Origin: Octopus bimaculoides
Taxonomy: Eukaryota
Direction: 5' to 3'
Assembly (NCBI RefSeq): GCF_001194135.2
Contig: NC_068982.1
Span: 179,226,050-179,290,049, forward strand
Length of the DNA stretch: 64,000 nt
Made by a program: the position numbers and the translations under genes. Of the stretch, positions 54,069 through 64,000 are shown in pieces. The notes under the pieces were generated by a model. That model was not told the DNA's origin, made no database searches, and was given only the letters and a program-made list of their open reading frames with translations. Positions within the stretch are counted from its first letter, which is position 1, and every line of letters begins with the position of its first letter.

Positions 54069-54083
54069 GAGACTAGCAAAATC

Positions 54084-54400
54084 CTCTGGGATTTCCCAAT
54101 CCAAGCAGATCAGGTGCTAGAGCACAACAGACCGGAACTAGTGGTGGTCGACAAGATGCTCCACATGTGCTATTTAGTTGATGTTGCATGCCCCTTTCAC
54201 CAATAGTCAAGAAGGAAGCCGAAAAAATATATAAATACAACCCTCTTAATGAAGAAGGTGAAGATAGTGCCAATAATTATTGTTGGGCCCTTGGGGACAC
54301 TATCGAAGGCATCAAGGAGAATATCAAGTAAATTGGAATAAAGTGCCCAGTAGAAGTGCTTGTGTACAGCGTTCTAACAGCATCAACCATCCTGAGAGTA
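54084..54400 (+). mobile_element. R4/Dong-like LINE, REL endonuclease 3' fragment
   Basis: LWDFPIQADQVLEHNRPELVVVDKMLHMCYLVDVACP..KKEAEKIYKY..KVKIVPII. Confidence 0.88.
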
Positions 54401-54414
54401 ATACCATAGAGTGT

Positions 54415-55000
54415 AAGGATGTTAAACATAAGATCTCTGCTAATGGAATCAAATGCTTTGTGAAAGTCAACAAAACAGATGTTGACGCGTTTGTTAAATT
54501 TTTTCCTTTCTTCCAGTATGCGACGGAAGGAGAAGATTTGAACAGTTGTTCACCGGCCTCTTCTAAATCCATTCTGATTCTTACGAAGAAGTGGATCGAG
54601 CATAGGTACAATGCTATTAACCAGAAGTTTGTTATGAACTTTTTTGCTATAATTGGGATCAGAGTAATGCCTCTATAATTTGCTGCACTTGTTAGATCAC
54701 CTTTTGGGGGAACAGGAACAAATACCACCCTTCAACCAAGCTGATGGAGGCAAATGATGTAGATATGTGTCGTTGCAGAAACCTAGCAGGGTTTCATGAA
54801 ATATTGGATCTTTCCACAGTAATGTTGGTATCTTATCAAGTCTTGGAGATTTATTGTTAGCAAAACTACCGAGAGCTACTTTGAGTTGATCCAATGTGAA
54901 AAAGTCCGTATTGATGTCCTTTAGCGGGTGACGATATGTGCATCTCGGATCACGAGCAGAAGTGATGGGGGAACATCATAGCCATGCGTTGAGGGGAATT
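54415..55000 (-). mobile_element. RTE-group LINE reverse transcriptase fragment
   Basis: NKSPRLDKIP..PPSAWLKGGI / PVPPKGDLTSAANYRGITL / DPLLRKNQNGFRRGR*..FRRILEE..NICFVDFHKAFDSISRD (RT N-terminal motifs). Confidence 0.9.
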
Positions 55001-55139
55001 ATTTAAGGTGTGGATAATTCCCCTTTGGAAACATTGGTGTTTTGTTCTTCATCCTTAAACAACCCTTATTCAGGAAGCTTTTGAGCGGGATGGGCTAATC
55101 GACCTGAAGAAAATTCTAACTAGGCCCCACCTGCTAGGT

Positions 55140-56106
55140 CATACGCTGTTTATCTTACTTTCCAGGAAAGGAATTTAGAAGAGGGTTAATATCAATAGAA
55201 GACTGCGCCAAGTTAGAGAGAGTAGATATAACCTCCTATGTAGGTAATACTCAAGAAAGTTTAAGATCTGCTACAGTAAGAGTACCTCATAGAGAAACCA
55301 AAGAGCCAAATGAAGTTATAAAACAGAGAAAAGAAGAAAGATTATCTGACTGGCAACAGAAGGCTTCGCATAATAGATTCCCAGAGATAGTAGCAGGAAA
55401 TAGTAATAGTGAGACATTGTTATAGTTGTAGAATGGAAGGCTGAAAAGCGAGACAGAAAGTTTCTCAGAAGCAGGACAAGTCAAACATTGAGGACGAATT
55501 GGATAAAAGCCAAGATCGACAAAAAAAGAAGTAGATTCCCAATGTAGGTTATGTAAATCAAAAGAAGAAAGCGTTATTCTGTGCCAACATGAATGTGACA
55601 TGTTGACACAGAAAAAATATAAAAATACATGACAAGCTACCGAGAATAATCCAACGGGAGTTATGTAGAAGCTAGAAATTGACCATACTGATAAATGGAA
55701 TGAACATGAACCTAGTAAAATGCTAGAAAGAAAGTAATATAACATGTTGTGAGATTTTAACATTCAGACTGACAATGTAATAGAAGCTAGAAGGTCTGAT
55801 TAAGTAGTAGTAGACAAAGAGAATAGAAAATGGCAGGTAATTTACTTTACAGTCCCAAATGATGAGAAAGCCAATTTGAGAGGTATAGAGAAAGCAGAAA
55901 AGTACCAGGAACTAGCCATTGAGTTACAGTGGCTGTGAAAAGTGCGGGTAAACTGTATCCTTGTAGCTACAGGTACACTAGGAACTATTCCTAAAGATCT
56001 GAACAGATGGATAAAGGGATTAAGCGTAAAACCTAGTTTAGTTCAGCTCCAGAAAAGAGTGTTGTTATAGATAGCTAAGTTACTTAGGAAGGTTCTTGGC
56101 AACTAA
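55140..56106 (+). mobile_element. R4/Dong-like LINE 3' part (post-RT, zinc knuckle, REL)
   Basis: RGLISIEDC, LKSETES, LRTNWIKAKID..CRLCKSKEES, DFNIQTDNVIEARRSD.VVVDKE, EKAEKYQELAIEL, GTLGTIPKDL, LLRKVLGN*; followed by (TAA)n. Confidence 0.92.
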
Positions 56107-56177
56107 GGTTACTTGTAGCTTGATGTTAGGAATTTTTTCTTTTACAACAGTTTCATGTGTTGTGTGTAATTGAAATG

Positions 56178-56258
<81 letters not shown>
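56178..56258. repeat. (TAA)n microsatellite between two R4/Dong-like LINEs
   Basis: Direct inspection. Confidence 0.98.
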
Positions 56259-56259
56259 G

Positions 56260-57698
56260 CGTTCTTAAACATTGTACATATTTTCAGCAAGGATATAAGT
56301 ATGAACATGCGATTGGACAAATACGTCAAATTAACATTAAGAAGACGCAATTATATGAGTAATGAAAATACTGCACTAAGCATAGACAACGAAATCAGAG
56401 AATTAGACAAAATCGGACATAGAAATAGACGAAATAGCTAAAATACAATACACAGAAATGAAAGAGAAAATTAGGAGAGAATATTACAGGGGTGGGGCTG
56501 GGGGGTTGGACTAATAAGAAACACTGAACTAAATGCCAAGCTGATAGTAGATATAAGCATGCCAGCAATACCAGTCACAAACTACAACTTCAATACAATA
56601 AACTAAAAGATTAATGAATTGCGAAAACTATTAACAGCATACCGAAGTCACCACCCCAAAGCAGATAGGGACAAAATATATCAACCCCATACAGGAGATC
56701 GTGGCCTGACACAGAGACGTATTCTAAAATACAAACAGTTCAACTAGAAAACTACTCAGAAACAAAAAGTTGACGTCTACGTGTAATAAAGAAACACGAA
56801 AAAAGAAAACGTTTTTCACTATACACAAGGAAGCAACAAAATACAAAACAGAAACAAACTTCACTGAAACACTGATCTAAGAAACGACAAAAATTATCAA
56901 CGAAAGAGACAAAAAGCAACCTGAAAACAGAACTCTAAAACTTGCTAAAGAAGAAATGGTGAGAAAAATTACTTCATAGCCAATACCCTGCAAGGTTTGA
57001 CAGAAAAGAGTGAGCCTAAATAAAGCTAACAATGCCTGAAACGCTCTGGACTAAAAGCAGAAACAGAAGAACTGATTTTCGCTGCACAAGAACAATGTCT
57101 GACCACAAACAGCTACAGCAGTAAAACAATGAAAACAGATCCAAATGCCATATGCAGAATGTAATGTACAGCCGGCTCAATGAGACAGTTGACCACATCA
57201 TCTCTGGCTTTCTACTCGTAGCCAAATCGGAATATATCAACAGACATGACCGAGTAAGTAGTTATATCCATTGGGCAATATACCAATACTACAACATAAA
57301 TACTAATAAGAAATGCTGCAAACATGTGCCAAACAATGACCACGTTACGACCATCTAGAAACACCTGTTCAAACTTACAACGAAATCAAAGATAATTACC
57401 CAGACATAATCATCAGGTCTTGAAAAATGACGCCTATAGTCCCTTGTGACCAAAATATTGTCCAAAAAGAAGCAGACAAATTGTTTAAATACAAAGATCT
57501 CGAAATTGAAGTATTCAAGATGCGAGACATGAAGGTGAAACAATATCAATTATAATTGGAGCATTGGTTATGATTGATAAAAAACATATAAGCTAAAACA
57601 TAGAAGCTATACTTGGACCCTCAACACTACACTCTATCCCAAAAATAGCCCTACAAGGAGCAGCCAACATCCTACGCAAGACACTATCAATTCAATAG
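56260..57698 (+). mobile_element. Second R4/Dong-like LINE, 5'-truncated within the RT
   Basis: FSKDISMNMRLDKYVKL, MKEKIRREYY, HHPKADRDKIY, LKAETEELIFAAQEQCLTTN, ETVDHIISG..EYINRHDRV, KEADKLFKYKDLEIEV, IIIGAL, AANILRKTLSIQ*. Confidence 0.93.
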
Positions 57699-60332
57699 TG
57701 CAACACAAATAAAATAATCCACAAATCCAAGACACAAGACACAAGACACACTATACAATAAATATCCTATAGGATATATTCATTGTATTTATTGTATATA
57801 TATATAGGATATTTATTGTATTTATAGGATATCTTATAGGATATTAAGATTAACAACAGCAGCAACATGTACTGTACAGGTAGGATACCCAACTGAAGAA
57901 CATAACTTGTACTGCACACACAACACAGTAAAAACACTAATACAACAAACGACCCAAGCTAAAGCCCATAACAAACCAAGCTGATGCAATATACACCGGG
58001 TAAAGATGATATTTCTCCAACAACAAAAAAATCAAGAACATATAATACTGCACATGCCTCAGTAATACGGAAGAGTAGCAGGTTATGTAGTAGAAATTTG
58101 CCTGAAACTATCAAACAACAACAGAAACAAAATGGAGCGATAGTTGTAATTGTCGAAAAACTGAATAGTGTTTCTTAGGTCATAAATAACTGCATCCTGC
58201 ATCACACAACAAAAGTGAAGATAAAAATAATAAAGCGGTAATAGTTTATTACATTGTATTAAGAAAAAAAAACTAAATTAAGAAAGAAATGCTTTGCGCT
58301 CGGAGTACATCTGGCATAGAGATGGTAAGATTGTGTATACAGATGCTTAGTTTATGTTTAACGGAGAAATATCATATCATAAACCATTCTATATCCATAA
58401 TGAAGAGAAAGATATAGAATTAAGTAGCGTAGTAGGCACAATTTTTCAGGGCAACAGACAAAGCTTCAGTGATCTTACACAATACATGACAAGGTACCAT
58501 GTAGTCCATTGCCATAAAATCTACGAAACAAATCTAGCAAAGGATTGTAACGTGCAAATTGATGAATGCTAGTGAAAAACCATAGTACTGAATTAATTCA
58601 TTAGCATTAACTGTGTGTGGACGAGCACGCATGCTTGTATAAGTGTGAGTATGAGGCCGTGTGTTTTTCCTTATCTATTAATCAGAAGGAAAGGCAATGA
58701 CAATCTCTCTTCACAGTGTCTACGTGAATACTGGGAAGGAAGAAATGTATCTTTAAATCAGAGACCTTCTCCGAATAATTGTTACAGGATGAAAACCGCT
58801 GAAGATATTAAAAGGGCCAGGTGAATAAACTGAACTGCAGATTATGTTGTATGTGTGTATGATTAAGAAAAAGAAGAGCCGGTAGGTCGAAAATATATAT
58901 GATATTTGGTAGCATACTGTATTACTTTCTAAAGTTGCCTCTGTCTGCGTCCACACCAACTTTGCCGTTCTACCTCGGTACCAGCTTTATTTGACATAAA
59001 CCCTTGAAGGACTAACTCTAGCATAGCCGCAAATAAAGATTTCTAACTAACTAGACATGTATTGGCTATGCTGCAATTAAATTTCATATTTCGGTGTATC
59101 ACAATTAATGCAATGACTATTTATAGTCTAAGCGGTTTGCTCATTAATAATATGCTTTGGGGAACGATTCCATTATCCTTATCAACAAATAGTGTGTGAG
59201 ATTACATAAAATACTTGAATATATAATGTTCTAAATAATACGTTTCGGATTATAAATTCAATAAAAATTATTCATTAAAATATTTAAGTACACGGTTTCG
59301 AAATATATTATACGAAGTGAATTTTCTATTTGTGGTTGGAACCATCTCACCCGACATGTTACTAATGCTTTGGGGAAATGCTAGAATTTCTCAATTTCCA
59401 TATATCAATACCTTGAAGTCAATAGGGCTAATCATCTAATCACTAATTAACGAAAGTTAAACAGAAAATGCAGACGTTCGATGATTAACTCACACGTGCT
59501 TCAGATAATTAAGTATCAGTTGATTAAAATATAATGAATAAATTAGAGTTACTTATTAATAGGTTTAAACTGTTCAGCTTATTGTGATATACTGTCATGT
59601 CTTAGGCGCTTATAAAATTAACACGCGTATCTCTGAACGTGCGTGCGAACGTGTGAAAATGTGTATTTATTTATCTGTACGTGTATGTTTGATGTACGGA
59701 GATGTCTAAAAGCATTTAGCATACACTGGCATTTAAACGAAATCGATATTCGTCTAAAAAATCGATATATATATATATGGGGTTAGTGCCACAACAGCAA
59801 ATATATTTCGCTAGTGATCGACGGTGTCGTTTCTCCCTTGCTAGTAATCGATTGAATATATTTATATGTACAGCCCCTTGAGACAGGCATGAAAGTTACA
59901 ACATCACACAATATATATCCAATGCAATCTGCAAACTTATCAGCATAAACTCATACATACATGCACGCACACACACACACACACATCCAATTATGTATTT
60001 GTTTTCATACACTTACATATGCGTTTCATTGATATTCCTGCATATTTATAGGTTATATCATATATCTTATACAATATGTCTATATATTCATATTGCGTTA
60101 TAAATGTGCGTGTAAGTGTGTTTACATAAATAAGTATGTGTGTGGTCATGTATTGATCAAGCTGACTATCTGTTAGTAGCTATGTTTTCATTAAAGCACT
60201 TCATCAAATAATGAGTACTGTATCGATTACCTCGGATATTTTACGCTCTGTTTAGATGCGTGATATGGTAGATAAGCGTATATATGTGAGTGTGTTTGTC
60301 TCTGTGTGTTCGTGCATGTATATATGTGTATG

Positions 60333-60364
<32 letters not shown>

Positions 60365-61103
60365 NNNNNNNNNNNNNNNNNNNNNNNNNNNNNNNNNNNN
60401 NNNNNNNNNNNNNNNNNNNNNNNNNNNNNNNNNNNNNNNNNNNNNNNNNNNNNNNNNNNNNNNNNNNNNNNNNNNNNNNNNNNNNNNNNNNNNNNNNNNN
60501 NNNNNNNNNNNNNNNNNNNNNNNNNNNNNNNNNNNNNNNNNNNNNNNNNNNNNNNNNNNNNNNNNNNNNNNNNNNNNNNNNNNNNNNNNNNNNNNNNNNN
60601 NNNNNNNNNNNNNNNNNNNNNNNNNNNNNNNNNNNNNNNNNNNNNNNNNNNNNNNNNNNNNNNNNNNNNNNNNNNNNNNNNNNNNNNNNNNNNNNNNNNN
60701 NNNNNNNNNNNNNNNNNNNNNNNNNNNNNNNNNNNNNNNNNNNNNNNNNNNNNNNNNNNTAATATATATTCATATATACACACATATATTTATACATTGG
60801 CGATACATCGTTAATTGAAAACATCGCACGTGTGTGTGCGTGTGTGTGAGTGTATGTGTGTGTGTGAGTGCGTGTTTGTGTGTGTGTGTGTGTGTGTGTG
60901 CGTGCGTACCTCTGTGTGTGTGTGTGTGCGCATGCGAGGTTGTGTGTGTAAAGCATATTTTATGTGCATATGTAAATCTCTATTAATAAAATTGCCATTT
61001 ATGAAGCGGAAAACAGGCAGGAGATAACAGATGCAACGACTTCAGTACAACTGATGAGTGGATGTGGAAGAGCGTTGTTGATTAGAAATATACTGAAACT
61101 GAC

Positions 61104-61156
61104 CAGCCTTTGGTTGTTACTTTGAAATGGCCACATCTGTCTTTGTTGTATCACAT
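61104..61156 (-). CDS. Candidate 53-nt exon (VIQQRQMWPFQSNNQRL)
   Basis: Long acceptor atttctttgttttactttatattttctcag and donor gtcagt; one open frame. Confidence 0.3.
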
Positions 61157-62019
61157 CTGAGAAAATATAAAGTAAAACAAAGAAATATTGCATAAAACAT
61201 AAAATACATAGTAAAATTAGTTTTATTCCGAAGTAAACTATCTATTGGGATCTTCTAAGTTAATATAATTAGTTTGAAAAGTATAAACACTTCAAATGTT
61301 TTGGTCAGTGGGGAAATATTAAATAGCTTTCGATTAATACCTAATAAACTTACATTCTAATGATAAGTCAATAAAAAAAATCTGTAATAGCTTGTAGCAA
61401 CTTGATGGGTTTTAAATTCTGAATTGATAGATAATTGATAGTTAATAAACGATTTCTGAGGAAATTGGTTTCCGTTAATAGCCAATAAGAGCCACGTGCT
61501 AAACTATGTTTGAGAGTGTTAATAAAAAGGAAATGATTTTACTTAAGAGTTAAATATCGTTTGATAAATACCAGATATAGCAGACCAATGAATCTTTTAA
61601 AATACCTATCATATAATTTATTAGTTTAATAAAAGCCACAAACGAGTGATGTCATTTCCGTTAGGCTACTGAACTATTTATTAGTAGACTTTTGCAATTA
61701 CGGTGGGGAAGTTGAAAAAAAAATGTACACTTGTTGATAACCATCGAAGGAAGATTGAGTTCAAACCGTGAAAAGAACAAATAACCAGGAGATCAACACA
61801 GTAATCTTTCGAGCGTACACATGGCCAGTGAATTATAAATAATTTTTTTCGATCAGATGTGTTTTTATGCACTTTATAAATCTGTTCAATGATGCAGTGT
61901 ACGTTAAATTTAATGGAATGAAAAGAACTTTACTTAAAACGGATTTTGAAGAAAGATGTACATATATCGATTTCTGTCTTAAGCACAGTTCTACATATTT
62001 TTGAGAAAGAGGAAAACCG

Positions 62020-62150
62020 ATTATATCTATTCAGTAGTTGATTTACTGATAGGTATTATATCGATCAAGGAAGAATAAAATCAAAAGTTGACATCGGTGT
62101 GATTTGAAATCAGAAAGTAAATTGCTATAACTAAATAACAGGCTGTAATT
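62020..62150 (-). mobile_element. SINE family A, old diverged copy
   Basis: tatcgatcaaggaagaataaaatcaaaagttgacatcggtgtgatttgaaatcagaa is colinear with 27230-27290. Confidence 0.55.
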
Positions 62151-63623
62151 TTTTTCGAATCTGTAACGATTTAGTCTGTTCACGACTCTCAAGGATTTAA
62201 TATACAAACCTATTTCCAATATTATAAAGTACCGTGGGATAAGGAGAAAACTATTTATATATATATATATATATATATNNNNNNNNNNNNNNNNNNNNNN
62301 NNNNNNNNNNNNNNNNNNNNNNNNNNNNNNNNNNNNNNNNNNNNNNNNNNNNNNNNNNNNNNNNNNNNNNNNNNNNNNNNNNNNNNNNNNNNNNNNNNNN
62401 NNNNNNNNNNNNNNNNNNNNNNNNNNNNNNNNNNNNNNNNNNNNNNNNNNNNNNNNNNNNNNNNNNNNNNNNNNNNNNNNNNNNNNNNNNNNNNNNNNNN
62501 NNNNNNNNNNNNNNNNNNNNNNNNNNNNNNNNNNNNNNNNNNNNNNNNNNNNNNNNNNNNNNNNNNNNNNNNNNNNNNNNNNNNNNNNNNNNNNNNNNNN
62601 NNNNNNNNNNNNNNNNNNNNNNNNNNNNNNNNNNNNNNNNNNNNNNNNNNNNNNNNNNNNNNNNNNNNNNNNNNNNNNNNNNNNNNNNNNNNNNNNNNNN
62701 NNNNNNNNNNNNNNNNNNNNNNNNNNNNNNNNNNNNNNNNNNNNNNNNNNNNNNNNNNNNNNNNNNNNNNNNNNNNNNNNNNNNNNNNNNNNNNNNNNNN
62801 NNNNNNNNNNNNNNNNNNNNNNNNNNNNNNNNNNNNNNNNNNNNNNNNNNNNNNNNNNNNNNNNNNNNNNNNNNNNNNNNNNNNNNNNNNNNNNNNNNNN
62901 NNNNNNNNNNNNNNNNNNNNNNNNNNNNNNTATATATATATTGAAATCTAATTTTGCATTTCTTTTTAAAGTTTATGAAGTGTATTCCCTGCTATTGTCA
63001 ACGTAACTAGCACCTCCCACCGCTAATCCTGGTATGGGGAGAATAAACAAAGAAAAATGGGTGTTTGTAGAAATATGTATACACAATAAATAATAAAGAA
63101 TGTTTTCGTCTATTGGACTAAATACACATAACTGTATTATGTAATAATATTTGCAGCGTTTGCAAAACTATAGCACTACTACTTGTAACTATATAAAAAG
63201 CGGAGCTAAAAAAATTGACAATGATGTTTAGGTAGAATATTTAATCTCACACAATATTTTTCTTTACGTTTTCTTAACAAGTCTTTTCTACTAGCCCTAA
63301 ATTCAGACCAAACAAATTCTCCACATCATTTCTTTTTACTAGTAGAAGTTTGGGAATATCGAATTGTTTACTGTATCGCCCCGTTCGGCATTGTTAATGA
63401 ACATAAACTAGATTGAATTAAGTCTAGAATATAAAGAAATAATTTCTCTTACATCGTGTAGTGAGTGGTATTAAATACAAACAAGACTGCAGTGTATTCA
63501 GTATGATATTTTAAAAGGTTACTCTTTCTAAATTACCTACCTTCTCAAATCTTTATCTTGCGCTAACAGTGTCGTAATTATTTCGATAAATCATGAATAT
63601 TCTTTTATTCTTTTACTTGTTTC

Positions 63624-64000
63624 AGTCTTTTGGCTGCGGCCATGCTGGAGCACACCAGGACTTATTCTTTGTAAGCTTAGTTTTTAGTCTAAGGGTATTC
63701 TATAGGTATCTTTTACCGAACCGCTAAGTTATGAGGACGTAAACACACCAACATCCGGTGTCAAGCGATGGTGGGCGTACAAACACAGACGCACAGACAC
63801 AGTCACATATACACACACAAAAATACATACATATGTGTGTCTGTGTGTGTACGACGGGCCTCTTTCAGTTTCCGTCTACCAAATCCACTCAAGGCTTTGG
63901 TCGGCCTGAGGCTATAGTGGAAGACACTTACTCAAGGTATCACGCAGTGGGACTGAACCCGGAACTATGGGGTTGGGAAGCAAGTTTCTTGCCACACAGC
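63624..64000 (-). mobile_element. tRNA-derived SINE, family B, near full length, with an internal (CA)/(TG) tract
   Basis: Minus-strand head gctgtgtggcaagaaacttgcttccc...gggttcagtcccactgcgtg; body cgacgggcctctttcagtttccgtctaccaaatccactc on the plus strand; head runs off the window end. Confidence 0.88.

Overview
This is AT-rich, microsatellite-dense eukaryotic DNA from a draft scaffold with many N gaps, most flanked by (TA)n, (CA)n or (GA)n. The tRNA-derived SINE repertoire and microsatellite load look like an Octopus-type cephalopod genome (inference, not a database match). No complete, recognisable host gene is present. Most of the ORF track is microsatellite or gap artefact. The window is a transposon graveyard: one Tc1, two mariner, two maT/DD37D-like and one Tigger/pogo DNA-transposon fossil. 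It also holds CR1/Jockey-like, RTE-like, HERO-like and four R4/Dong-like LINE fragments, plus eight SINE copies from three families. The most interesting signals are: (1) four minimal type-I hammerhead-ribozyme motifs of the Penelope-like element (PLE) kind, two with intact cores; one lies downstream of a GIY-YIG-like C-terminus and a tRNA-like Pol III promoter; (2) a mariner whose right end is an inverted copy of its left end; (3) a 24-bp repeat that reads as an 8-aa His/Tyr/Pro repeat; (4) a short nearby-templated insertion; and (5) four phase-compatible minus-strand candidate exons of an unidentified gene.
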